Program-made: the position numbers and the translations under genes
Notes under the pieces: model-generated
Databases searched by the model: none
The model's input: only the letters and a program-made list of their open reading frames with translations
What the model was told of the DNA's origin: nothing
Assembly (NCBI RefSeq): GCF_018350175.1
Contig: NC_058373.1
Coordinates: 108,626,001 to 108,690,000, forward strand
DNA: 64,000 nucleotides
Direction of reading: 5' to 3'
From: Felis catus
Lineage: Eukaryota
Part shown: positions 51,660 to 64,000 of the stretch, piece by piece
Numbering within the stretch: the stretch's first letter is position 1
Layout: each line of letters starts with the position of its first letter

Positions 51660-53215
51660 AGCAAAGAAAACAAGAAATATGGTAGGTGTTACTCCAAATC
51701 ATATCCATAATCACTTTGAATGTTAATGGTCTAAATGAACCAAATAAAATACAGGAATTGTCAGAGTGGGTCAGAAAACAAGACCCAGCTCTATGTTGTC
51801 TACAAGAAACTCACTTTAAATATAAAGACACATTTAAGGATGCCTGGGTGGCTCAGTCAGTTAAGCATCTAACTTCAGCTCAGGTCATTATCTCACTGCT
51901 CGTAAGTTTGAGCCCCACATTGGGCTCTGTGTGGGACAGCTCAGAGCCTGGAGCCTGTTTAGGATTCTGTGTCTCCCTCTCTCTGTCCCACTATTGAGTT
52001 TCTTCAAAAATGAAATAATTACAAGCCTAACAAAATATGTAGAAGATTTATATGAGGAAACTACAAAACTCTGATGAAAGAAATAAAAGAACTAAGTAAA
52101 TGGGGAGATGGTCCATGTTCATGAATAAGAAGTCTTAATATTGAGAAGATTTTGCTCTCATCTTGAGGTGTAGCTTCAATGCAATCCCAGTTGAAATCTT
52201 AGCAGTTTACTTTGTGGATAACAACAAACTGATTCTGAAGTTTATGTGAATAGACAAAAGACTCCAAATAGCCAACATGATACTGAAGGAGAGGAACAAA
52301 GTTGGAGGACTCATACTATCCAACCTTAAGAATTATAAGGCCAGAAATAGGTCATAAATACCGTCAGCTGATATTGGCAAAAGAGCAAAGGCAATACAAT
52401 AGAACAAAGATAGACTTTTAAACAAATGGTGCTGAAATAACTGGACATCCATGAGCAAACAAAACAAAACAAAACAAAACAAAACTATAAACAGACCTTG
52501 CATCCTTCACGAAAACTAACTCAAAATGGATTACAAATTTAACTGTAAAATGCAAAAGAATAAAGCTCCTTGAAGACATTATGCAAAATATACAAAGGAT
52601 TCTTAAAATTCAACTTAAAAAAAAAATCCAGTGAGAGATGGTCCAAGATCTTAACAGATACCTAACCAAGGAAAATATACAAATGTTAAATGAGCATATG
52701 AAAAGATGATCCACATCCTTTGTCATCAGAGAAATGCAAATTAAAACAATGAGATACTAATGCATATATTTTAGAATGGCCAAAATCTGAACAACATCAA
52801 ATGCCAGCAAGAATGGGTAGCAACAGGAATTCTCATTCATGACTAGTGCATATACAAAATGGTACAGACTTTAGAATTTAATTCAATGGTTGCTTACAAA
52901 ACTAATCATACACTTTGTGATTCACAATCAAGTTTCTTGGTATATATGCAAAGGAATTGAAAAGCTATGACCATACATAAATATGCACAAGTGTATTTAT
53001 AGTAGCTTCATAATTGCCAAAACTTGGAAGCAACCACAGTGTTTAATAGGTGAATGGACAAATAAACTGTCATACATCCAGACAATGGAATATAACTCCA
53101 TACTAAAAGGAAATGAACTATCAAGCTTTGAAGATATAGAGGAGACTTAAATGCATGTTACTAGGAAGCCAACCTGGAAAGGCTACATCCTGTATGATTC
53201 CATCCATGTGACATT
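51660..53215 (+). mobile_element. Ancient L1 ORF2 remnant (endonuclease start joined to the post-RT region)
   Basis: ISIITLNVNGLNEPNKIQELSEWVRKQDPALCCLQETHFKYKDT (endonuclease N-terminus); after the SINE, gaagatttatatgaggaaactacaaaactctgatgaaagaaat and ORF2 3' end motifs. Confidence 0.85.
51838..51990 (+). mobile_element. 3'-truncated Can-SINE
   Basis: Head present; second CT tract, tail and TSD absent. Confidence 0.9.
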
Positions 53216-53244
53216 GAGAGAGGTAAGGAGAAGGCAAGGAGAGT

Positions 53245-53402
53245 TATCGCTTCCTCTTTTTAAAGGCCACCAATCAGGTGGGATTAGGATCCTACCCTTA
53301 TGACCTGATTTAATGTTAACTACCTTCTAAAAGTTCTCTAAGTATAGCCACATTGGGATTATGCAACATATGAATTTTTGGAAGGACACCGTTACATAGC
53401 AG
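53245..53402 (-). mobile_element. MLT1 LTR fragment
   Basis: ggattaggatcctacccttatgacctgatttaatgttaactacc...caacatatgaattttt. Confidence 0.7.
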
Positions 53403-53759
53403 CCCATAAAGATCAACCTAATTGAGTCCCTGCCTGCTTCTCTGACCTCATCTTTTGCCACTTTCTCCTCTACTCACCACAGCCCACTACTGGGCTTTTG
53501 TTTCTGCTCCTTGAGCCAGGGTCATTGTTGCATCAGTCTTTCATTTGCCTGTCACTTGACCTGGAATACTCCCCTCCCAGAATTTATCATCTTTCATTGA
53601 TCAGCCCAAGATGTATTCCTCATATAGCATTGCCCTTACTACTCTAGTGACTATTTTTTGTTTTGTTTCCCATTTTATTTTCTCTTTCCTACTTTTACGG
53701 AATTTTACACTTTCAGACATGATGATCTTCATATTCTATTTTTCCACCAATTTTGACAG

Positions 53760-54135
53760 CTAGGATTCAGGAGGCAGATCCAGGAGTTAGGAAGTGGGGC
53801 ACAAAGAAACTAGTGCTATGAGGCATTTATACCAGAGAAGGTGGCGGCAGCTGCGTACAATCTGAAGAGGTAGCAATACCAGATGTTCTCGCAGCATTAT
53901 CCAAAATAATATGAAGGTTATGAAAGTTGCACCTGATGGAAGCAGTAGCTGTGAGGTGTCCATCAGACTGATTCCAGAGTGTGATTAGGGACATCGTTAT
54001 TCACTTGCTAGCTTATTAGCCTGATGTAGCCCATGCTGAGATTCTGAGAGCTATTTAATATCTGTTAATAAATTCTCCCTCAGCTTAAAATCAACTCAGT
54101 TTCTATAATTTGTAGTTAAGAAGTCTGATATACCA
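53760..54135 (+). mobile_element. Old ERVL-class LTR remnant (LTR33-like)
   Basis: 3' end aataaattctccctcagcttaaaatcaactcagtttctataatttgtagttaagaagtctgatata. Confidence 0.45.
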
Positions 54136-54409
54136 CCTTTCCAAAATACTTCCCTTCCATTTACTCTTTTAAATAATAGTTTTGAAAACTTACCTCATAT
54201 TAGTCACAGTGCAAAGCATTGGACATGCACTATTTCAATTAATTCCTTTAAGACAGGTACCAAATTATTCTCTTAACCACTCACTGTATGATATTTTCAA
54301 GACCTATATATGATCAACATTCATGTGCTCATAGTATCTAATATGATTTGCACTGAATGGGTCCTCGACAGGTATTGACGATGTACTAAAAAATTGGAGA
54401 GAAACTTTC

Positions 54410-54780
54410 CTTAGTCTGCTTAGGCTGCCATAACCATACCACAGACTGGGTGCTTAACAACATAAATATATTTGATCACATTTCTAGAGGCTGAAAGTCT
54501 GAAATCAGGGTGCCAGCATGGTTGGATTCTGATGAGATCTCTTTTCCTGGCTTGTAGATAACAGCTGCCTTCTGGCTGTGTCCTCACGTGGTAGAAAGAG
54601 CAAGCAAGTACTCATTGGTGTCCATTCTTATAAGAGCACACTAATTCCATTACACCTGGACCCCACACTCAGGACTTAAGTTACTTCCAAAAGGCCTCGT
54701 CTCCATGTACCATCATCACACTTCAGGGCAGGACTTCAATGTATGAATTTTGAGGGGACGCAGACATTCAGTCCATAACA
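54410..54780 (-). mobile_element. MLT1A-like solo LTR
   Basis: cttagtctgcttaggctgccataac...aatcagggtgccagcatggttggattctgatgag...acattcagtccataaca. Confidence 0.88.
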
Positions 54781-56659
54781 GATAAATACATGGACATCTT
54801 GCAACTGTTACCTTTGGGTAAAGGAAGGTAGCCTATGAGCTGAGACACAAGATGGAGTACAAGTGAAGGAGTCTTCTCTAAGGAGAGATAGTTTGGGAAA
54901 GTGTAAGAATAATAATATGGCTGCTTTGCTTCAACAGCTGTAAAAGCTTACATATTAATAGAACTACACAACAAAAAATGATCTCAGCCTTATTTCTGTT
55001 ACTCAGATTAATGAGGTAAATTTGGTTGCCTAAGGATTACCTACAGAAATAATGTTCTTATCTTTCATATCTCTCATTGTGAGTTTCCATTTATTTTTGG
55101 TTTGTTCACCAGTTACTCCTTTGACGGATCTGCAGTTGTATTAATCGAGGGTTTTGAAACTCCCTTAGGGAGAATAAGAGGAAATGGAGGAAGAATTAAA
55201 CATCCATCCCTGTGCAATTTTTGCTATTCATCCTATTTGCCTCTCCTGTGGCTTTTGGCCCTCTCTTCTACTTGATGACTTGGATTAGATAATATCCTCT
55301 GACCTATTATTTGAATTCATTGTTTAGTCTTATTCCCACCCCTGGCTTCAGTCTAGGGAGCTAGAGAAGGACAATGAATAGAAATTGGGATTTGTTAACA
55401 CCCGTGGTTCTGCATTAATGAGGCAAGATTCTGGAGCTTTGAACCATCACTGGCTCAGGAGGGAAGAACAGCAGTGTCTCCCCACTGAGTGCATTCTGGC
55501 GGCATCTCAGCTAAGTCACAGTGTAGTTCTTCCAGCTACCCCATGACGGTGGATCACAGTGCAAGCTGGCAGAGGAATTGGCATTTCATAGACAAGTTAG
55601 AAAAAGTTTAAGTATTTGCTATTGTGTAGTGGCAAAGAGAATGGGGTTTGCAGCACAAATCCCAGAATGTCAGTGGTGACCACATGTGTTTTATATTTGA
55701 AATATATGGCAATGGGAAGACCAGGGATCTATCAGAGGAAGCTCCCAGCAACACAGAGGAGTTACAGCATTTGTCTTATTTTAAGAGCACGTGATTGAAA
55801 ATGTAGTCTGTTAAGTCAGCTTTTATAGACATATAATACCAATGCTTGTGACTCATGAAATACTGCCTGTGTGCATCTGGAGTGTGTACGTGTGTGTGTG
55901 GAGGGGACTATAACATTTCACTTTTAAAGTACACTGTGTTGCAATCTAGAAGGTTGTTTTGGACTTTAAAACTATCCTTACACTTAACCTTATATACTAG
56001 ATTTACGTGGAGTACTCATGACTTTTCCAGCACCTAACTGATAGAATCCTTGCCAATAGGTGACTCTGGCTCTGGCTCCTGCTTTCCTATCAGCAGTTAA
56101 AGCTTTCCCTCCTTGTACCTTGTATCTATATTTCGCTTTGTTTCTTTCCACTGGCCTGGTCTCCCTGTATGCCCCTAGATTCTACTTAGCTTTGTCTCTT
56201 TGTAGCTGGTGTGCAGGTGTAGTCTAGATGATGTCTGTAGGGAACACTTGGGATCTAGTGAATTTTTGGAACATCAGAGGTCACAAAGAGTAAAAGGATT
56301 CCAAGGTCAGACACTCTCAAGAAGGCTATCATCCATTTCCTTTGTGGCTTGTGGTAAGGGAGAGGGTTCCTGCTAATTTACGCTAATGGGGCTCAAAGAA
56401 AAAAGTAGGAGTTCCCAGAATGTCAGCTTGAAGTAGAGAAATTTGTCTACCATTTTTATAATGAGTCAGTATCCTGTTGGTGTTCCAGGGGATATTTTTA
56501 TTTCAAGAACCAGATCCAACCAACCTTTCCTACTCCCTTCCCTTTTGACCATTTCTTGATAAAGGTGGGATTTAACATCAGGAGAATTGGGGACTTAGAA
56601 GTTATCACTCCATGATGATTTGGGGGGGGGGGCTGGTTTTATGGTCTGACCATTGAATT

Positions 56660-57110
56660 TCTCATTCAACAAATACTTGTTGAGCATCTCTTATGCTCCA
56701 GGCATGGTTTTGGGTACTTAGTATCTGTATCATATTAAAATATCAAGAAATGGTGATCAGGGAAAGGAATACTGGGAGTACATGGGAAAGGAGGTGGGTT
56801 ACAATTTAAAATTGGGTGGTCAGGGTAGGTCTCTTTTGAAGGCGACATTGAAACAAAGGCTTGAAGGAGGAGGGAAGGGAGTTGACAGGTACATTTTGGC
56901 GAAGAGCAGTTCTGGGCAGAAGAAATATTACTACAAATACTGTGAGGCAGGAGTGTGTCTGGTGTGTTAAAGACCAACAGTAAGGCTACTATAGCTCGAG
57001 TGAAGTGAGCAAGGTGGGGATAAAATTGAGGGAGTAGCAGGGAGGGCAGTGAACCAGATCATGTATGGCTGTTTGTGTAGACCATTGTAAGGACGTTAGC
57101 TTTTTATATA
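56660..57110 (-). mobile_element. L2 3' fragment
   Basis: cattcaacaaatacttgttgagcatct...tgtgaggcaggagtgtgtctggtgtgtt...gaccattgtaaggac. Confidence 0.75.
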
Positions 57111-57911
57111 TGACAGTCATATATTAAACAAATTGACCTGTGTTTTCAAGCAACCTCCTCCGAATTCTTGCTCTCAATATGTGGTTCCTGAACCAGTGCA
57201 TTGGAATTACCGAGACCTGTTTAGAAATGCAGAATCTCCACCTCCATCCAGGACCTACAAACCAGAACATGAATTTTAACTAGATAACTAGATTGTCTAG
57301 TTTTAACTAGATAATTAGATTGTCCAGTAGTTGATGTATACATTTACATTTGATAAACTGCAGTATAAGTCCTATTTATCACTGTAATAACAATCATATC
57401 TATACTTTAAATTTTCCAAAAGATGCTACTTTCGGAGGGTATGCTCCAGGGAGCTTTGTCTATTTCTGCTCTGGCTGCCCCACAGAGTTTATAGAGTGCA
57501 GTTTCTACAGCCATAATGGAGATTTGTGCTCATTCCATGGACAAGTGCAGTTGTGGCAGAAAGACATGTAACCAGCCAGGGAAAATATTTTCTTGTTCTC
57601 TTTGTATCTAGATCTGACCTCTTAACTAGTTAACATCAATGAAATGTGTGATATGTGCTACTTTTGAGTCAGGGATTTTAAGATGAGAGTGGGACTTCTC
57701 TATTCTTTTTTTTTACCATCCACCCAGAAATATGCAGAGAACCAAGGCCAGTATGAGATAGAGGAAGATGGAAGGTGGCTGGCTTCTTGGACCATTATGT
57801 GGAGAAAAGTTGTCCACTGCCACAGGGAGCTATTATGTGACTGAGAAACAAGCGTTTAAGTCACTGAATATTTGGGGTTTGTTTGTCAGAGTGTCTAGTG
57901 TTATCCCAACT

Positions 57912-58105
57912 CAAAGATCTTCTAACATTAGGGTCATCCAGAATCACTTGGAGGGCTTGACAAAGCACTTATTGCTTGACTCCACCATCAGAGTTTCAGA
58001 ATCTATAAGTCTGGGGTGGGGCCTGGAAGTTTTCACTCTTAACAAACTTCCTGGTGATGCTGATGTTGCTGATGTGGGGGCCACACTTGGAATACCACTG
58101 CCTTA
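57912..58105. mobile_element. MER5A
   Basis: cagaatcacttggagggcttg...tctggggtggggcctggaag...ctggtgatgctgatgttgctg...accactg. Confidence 0.85.
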
Positions 58106-59289
58106 ACTAATAAAATATCTATTGGGAGATCTCATGACCTTGAAGGGTGTATCACCCAACTCGAAAATGTGAAATTCGTCTTATGCCACGTTAGCCCTAA
58201 TAGGTACCATTTAGTGCTACTGTATTGGCTGACTTACCTGATGTTTCTATGTTCAGTGCAAAAAGGATATAGCGGGAGAATTGAAATTCATTAAGCTTAA
58301 TTGTGGAGGGATATATTAACTGATACTGGTATCTCAGCTTTTCTGATTATTCCACACTTCATTCTGCTCTTCCAGTCCCCTAAGAGAGCAGTTGATTTAT
58401 GACCCTCATAGAATTCTCAGCCTAGGTGGCCTTGTTTGGATCAGTGGGAGTACTGCTGAGCTTTGGATGATAGAGAGGTAAGGCCATTAGATAAGGCTGA
58501 GCTTCCTCTGCCTCTCAGAAGAGGCAGGGGACATGTAGGTCTTCTGGCCCCACCCATATCACAAACCAAAGTTTCACTGTCACACTTAATGCTGGAGTTT
58601 CAGTTCAAAGGATTTTTGCAGTCTCTGTTGGAGTATTCTAGGCTAGGCTGAAATGAATTAACTTCTCCGCTTAGAAAAACTTGCTTCAGTTTTGGAAGGA
58701 GTTACTGTACGTCTTTCCAAATTGTACTTCATCCTTTTAAGGTGCCTCATGTGAATTAAGGTTTGGAATTCTTAGGAGAAATTTTTAATTTTATAGCTTC
58801 TCTCATCCAAAGTGCTATTATTAAATTATCATTCTGAATTGTTTCACTGACAACTCTACTTCTTAAAATAGAGATCAGTTATATTCCTGGACACTGGCAT
58901 CAAAAGCTGAATCTGAAATTCTAATTTCCAAATGGTTGCTTGTTTTTAACTACTCTTTTTCTACTTTCTAAGTTCTCTTGATTTGTTTTAGAAGACAAAA
59001 CATATGTTTCTTCTCTAAGTATATTTTGTACTTACTGCCTACACATAATGGGTACCATTTTCATTTGCTTCTGTCGCTAATTGTTGCCAGGGTCCCCTTT
59101 TCTTACCTGAGTGTTTTACAGCGCTTAATTTCACTTCCAACCATATTGATGATGTCAGGGCAGGTTGGAATGGACTTGTACTGACACTGGCAATGTCCTC
59201 AGAAGGTCTAGGTGTAACCTGGCTGGCTCCTACCTTAGGGAATGCTAAAAAGTGTGCCTGTCTTCCTTTCCTCCCTCCCTCCCTCCCTC

Positions 59290-59745
59290 CTTCAAATATT
59301 TATTTGCCACTTAATCAGTGCCAGGCTCTGCTGATTCATCAGTGGACAAATTATGGAGTTATATTCTAGTGGAGGACAGAAACAATGAAAAATTGAGCAG
59401 AGATACAGAGTCCAAATAGAATGACATATTCTGAAGATAAAGCAGGGTACAATGAGAGGCATGTACTGGAATGGGGTAGTCTAGTTGCTAGAGGGTGCTC
59501 AGGGAAGTCTTATTTGAAGAGGTGATATCTGATCTGATCCGTAGATAATTGAGCCACACGAGGACCTGAGGCGAGTGTGTTCCAGAGAGAAGGAAGGGCA
59601 AGTGTGAAGGCTGTGAGATGGGATTGATGTACTTGGGGAACAACAAAGAAGGCCATGGTGGCTGGAGTCTAGTCAATAAACAGAGGAAATGGTGTTGTTT
59701 GATGAGGTCAGATCTGGAAGAGGCCTGTTCATATGGATCTTATAA
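59290..59745 (-). mobile_element. L2 fragment
   Basis: caaatatttatttgcc...aagaaggccatggtggctggag...gatgaggtcaga. Confidence 0.7.
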
Positions 59746-59761
59746 ATTAGTGAATTCTTTT

Positions 59762-59955
59762 GGGGACACCTAGGTGGCTCAGTCGGTTAAGTGTCCGACT
59801 TTGGCTCAGGTCACGAGGTCATGATCTCACAGTTTGTGGGTTTGAGCCCTACATCAGGCTCTGTGCTCACAATGTGGAGCCTGCTTGAGATTCTCTTTCT
59901 TGCTCCTCCCCCACTCATGCTTTCTCTCTCTCTCTCTTTCTGGAAAAAAAAAAGC
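59762..59955 (+). mobile_element. Can-SINE
   Basis: 15-bp TSD ttagtgaattctttt. Confidence 0.94.
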
Positions 59956-60941
59956 TTAGTGAATTCTTTTATATCATAATTTCAGTCAAAATCTTGATAG
60001 CTGAAAGGAATGGATTCTTTTTCATTATTTTTATTTGTGCAGTCTCCTTAATTAGTTACTTCATTTCCTAAATGATGCTCTGTCTTTATTAATGGGTGCT
60101 TCAGAGACAAAGCCTGCTTTAAATTCTAGTACTAGCATCCTGAGTATTCATGCTTCCCTCACCTTTCTGTTTTGGGTACCAAGGGGAGGTTAACCTAGTG
60201 GCAGCAGGTTGAATGGTGCTGCAGTGGAAAGCTATTCAAAGTTATCTTTGTTGAGGTGATAGATATTTCTGATTGAGGAAAGCTGATAGGGACATTGCAG
60301 CTATAGCAAAATGAGTAAGGATTTCCCGAGGAGAAATATTTAGTTGTCAAGTGCAAAACATTTTTAATTTTTGTGGTTCTAGAAAATACCTCCATTGAAA
60401 ATGAAATATTTAATTTCATAGTTTTATAATAGAATGTATTGAAAACATGGGATTTAGAATCAGAAGACGTTGCTGTGTCAGTTCGTAGCAAGATCGTTAG
60501 GTTTGTGATAATGGGCACCTTCATTTCTATGTGCAGTGGAGCCTGGGGGTTAACAGCCCATTCTAAAGGCTGACTGAGCTTGGTTCTTCTCTTTACTAGC
60601 TAGCTCTGTCATTTGGGTAAAGTAACAAAACCTTTCAGTGGCCCTGTTTTCTTACCTGTAAAATGTAAAAGGTTTATTGAAAAGATTAAATTCTGTCATT
60701 CAGGTAATGCATATAGCATAGTATCTAACTCACAGTAAAAGTTATGATTGCCATTATCAATGCTTACTTTGTTCTATTACTATACCAAGCATTTTATTTT
60801 TATTTTTACTTCCCTAATTAAAAGTTTACTGGAGTAATTCACTTACATAGTTTAAAAAGTCAAAATACAACAGGGCACATAACAGTGTCAGTGAAGGTCC
60901 CTTGCCCCATCCCACTCCTTAATGGGAACCACTTTCAACTT

Positions 60942-61168
60942 AAAACAATTTTTTTTAATTTTAATTTTTATTACTTATTTTTGAGAGAGTGAGAAAGAGC
61001 AAACTGGTGAGGCCAGAGAGAGACAGAGAGGAAGAGAGGATCCCAAACAAGCTCTGTGTTGTCAGCTCAGAGCCTGATGCAGGGCTTGAACTTAGAAACT
61101 GTGAGATTATGACCTGAGCTGAAACCAAGAGTCAGACACTTAACCAACTCAGCCACCCAGGTTCCCTG
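60942..61168 (-). mobile_element. Older Can-SINE
   Basis: TSD accactttcaactt. Confidence 0.92.
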
Positions 61169-62754
61169 ACCACTTTCAACTTTTTAACTTTTTTCTTCTG
61201 ACTTTTATTTCTATATATCTAAATATGATACTATTTTTTATTTATATACTTTATATGTTATCTGTAGACTTTATCTTGGTAGGTCTGCGTTTCCTCCTCT
61301 TCTCCCAGCATTTTCTCCAAGCAAGATGGACATATCCCAACACAAGTTATATTATTATGACATACCTGTCAAATAGTGTACTATGAATACTCTTGCTTTT
61401 TTTTTAAACAACTTCTCTCCCCTGAAGCTGTAGAAAGCTCTTTTATGCATCTCTCTCTCTCTCTCTCATTGTGGTGTGCTTAGTTTTCTTTTATGTAACT
61501 GTCATTAATTTTTCAAATTCCCTGACAGAATTGCAAAAACCCATGGAATCATGTTTCCTATAACATCAAACAAGCCAGCTAATCTATTAGGCTTTTTTTT
61601 TTCCCTTAAGAATAAACTTACGGAGTGTTCGGTTTTCTTAATCCTGGACTAATTGTCTTGGCCTGCTGCACATGTATTTTCTCAGGACCTTGATTTATCT
61701 CTGTTTCCTGAATCCAGTGTCCTCTTTGGTTTTACTAAGCATTTCCTGTTGTAACTTTCTGAGAAAGTGTACATGGGGTGCAGTGTTTGAGTTCTTGACC
61801 ATCTGACATGTCTTTATTTTACCCTCACACAGGGTTGATATTTTGGCCAGGTAGAGAATTCTCAGGTGAAATAATAATGATTCTCAGAATATTATGAAAA
61901 TTGTTACATTTTCCATAACACACAAACCCATATTCTTACACTCACACATGCATGCAGCTTCTTTTACCTCAGTGTATCATGGTGATGAGCCATGTATGCT
62001 TTTTTGTTGTGTGATTTTTTTCGTTCTCTTTTTTTTGCCTGGACTGACTCACTTGATTTTGAAGTTTTTTTCCCTATTGTGTTATAACCTCGATGTTGCT
62101 CTTGTAGAGTCCTACTGACATTTTTTATCCCACTTCCTTTGTTATATTGTCTGTGATTTATACTCTGAGTGTTTTAGAATCTTCTTTTTATCCTTGGTGT
62201 TTAAAATTCAATGGCACTGTGGCTTGATGTGCTTTTGTTTTGTGTCAGTCCATGTGCTGAGCACGTGGTGAGCCCCTTGAATCTAAAAATGCATGCATGT
62301 TCAGCAGTTCTAGCAGTTTCCCCTGTACCTGCTTTTTGATCATTTCCTTCCATCTGTTTGCTGACTTTTTGTTTTGCTTTCTTCCTGGAACTCCTATAAA
62401 TTAGTAGTACAGCATTGTGAGATTTTTTTTTTTTTAACTTTCCCTGGTTTTCTGTTTTCTCTCCACCCACTCACCCCCAGCTTTTGGGAGAAATTCTTAA
62501 AATTTCTCTCAGTTCTTCTATTAAATTTTAGTAGTTTCTTATTCTCTATTCTATAAAAACCTTTTCCATATGGGATTAATAGCATTTTACCCCTCTGAAG
62601 CTACTAAAATATTAAATGTATTTTTATCTGTTTTCCCTATGCATTTTACAGTCTTCATTTCTATTTTTGTTTTTATTTTCACATTGGAAGTTTCCCTCAA
62701 ATAGCTGTTGATCTTGGTTTTACTTTCTTTGAGAGTAAGGCCCTCTAAATTTAA

Positions 62755-63610
62755 AAAGATTGTAAACTGTCCAGTGTTGGTGAGAATATGGAAAAATAGG
62801 AATTTTCTTAGTTTATTTTCAGGAAGGTAAATTGTTACAAAATAACTGGGGAAAATTAGTTTGTGTATAACTTTGGAATATGCATACTTTATGACCCAGT
62901 GCTTCTACTTTAGTTAAAAACCCAGCAGAGAGGCCTAGACATGTGCAAGAAGAGATACATGCAATAATGTCTGAAGTATCATTCATAATAGGCAAAAAAT
63001 GAGAACAAATGAGACATCCATTAATAGTAGAATTGATACAAATTTGTTCTTTAATGGAACATTATACAGCATTGAAAAATCTAGACTATGGATACCTGCA
63101 ACAACATGAATGATAGGCTATAGTTATCTTCAGCAATATGGATAAGTCTCACAAATATAATGTTGAAAAAAATCATAAATAGTAGATACCTATTGACAAT
63201 AGAGTGGATACATTAAGTTGTGGTGTTGTCATCCAAGAATATTATACAGCAGTAAAAACAAAACAAAACCCTCCAGATGCTTCTGAATTTGTAGGTCAAA
63301 CTCTCAAGCATACTGTTGGGGAGAAGAAGCCAGATAAAAACAAGTATCTTCTAAACATTCGTCTGGTAGGATTCCAAAACAGGCAACACTAAACTGTGGT
63401 GTTAGATTACAGAATAGTAGTTATATTTGAGAAGAGGAGGGAGGAGTCGCCTTTGGGAAAGCCGTGAGGGGAATGGCTTCTGTGTTGCTAGAAGTTTTTC
63501 TTGATTTGTTTGGTGGCCATGTAGGTGTTCACTATGTGATATTTCACAGAGTATATTTCATTTATATTTTAGGCACTGTTTTGTTTATATGTTGCATCTT
63601 TAAATAGTTT
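62755..63610 (+). mobile_element. Ancient L1ME-like 3' fragments
   Basis: gtgttggtgagaatatggaaaaatagg; tatgacccagtgcttctact; atggataagtctcacaaatataatgttga; gtttttcttgatttgtttggtgg. Confidence 0.7.
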
Positions 63611-64000
63611 TTAAAATAGAATGAGGAACTAAAAAGCATGGTTGGAAATTTTGTGTGCATGGTCAAAGCTGAACAACTAAAGATCTAATGGCCAGGGATC
63701 TAGAAGTTTCCTGAGGGGACCCTAAGTGTCAATGTTTATTAATTTTACCCCTACTGGAGCTTGTCAGTTATGCCAGACCAGAGAACAAGATACCAATTAC
63801 TTGCCTGAGGCAGTATTTGCCTGACTGCCAACATTCCTAAAGCAGAGCGAAGAAAAGAGTTGGGGGTCTTGTCATTCAGTATGCCATTTTTAACTTAATT
63901 TGCTGAGCTGATTTTCAGTAGGGTGCTTCCTCTACCCTAATCCTCCCTGGGTTTATAATGTGCATGGTTCAATTTGTCCAGCAAATAAATCCTGTTTATG

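Noticed and set aside
57274..57327. 27-bp imperfect tandem duplication
   Set aside because: Ordinary slippage duplication in a MER5-like remnant; two units only, not an array.

Overview
Mammalian non-coding DNA, almost certainly felid, judged from the felid-type Can-SINEs and L1 3' ends. I found no intact protein-coding gene and no recognisable host-gene coding exon, so this looks like a long intron or an intergenic region. Most of the window is interspersed repeats: about 25 Can-SINEs (most with visible target-site duplications), carnivore and ancient L1s, MaLR/MLT LTRs, MIR, L2, MER5A and MER53. Two processed pseudogenes lie head-to-head about 300 bp apart: RPS6 (minus strand, 5'-truncated) and SNRPF (plus strand, full length, premature stop). 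The most notable items are: (1) a decayed Ty3/Gypsy integrase fossil at about 5.7-6.7 kb; (2) one target site at 45.9-47.0 kb used twice, giving three copies of a TSD around an inverted L1 and a SINE that each appear to carry 3'-transduced sequence; (3) three 5'-inverted (twin-primed) L1s; (4) two microexon or recursive-splice-site candidates. I see no convincing new multi-gene system. Repeat subfamily names come from recall of consensus sequences, not a database search, and boundaries of ancient repeats are approximate.
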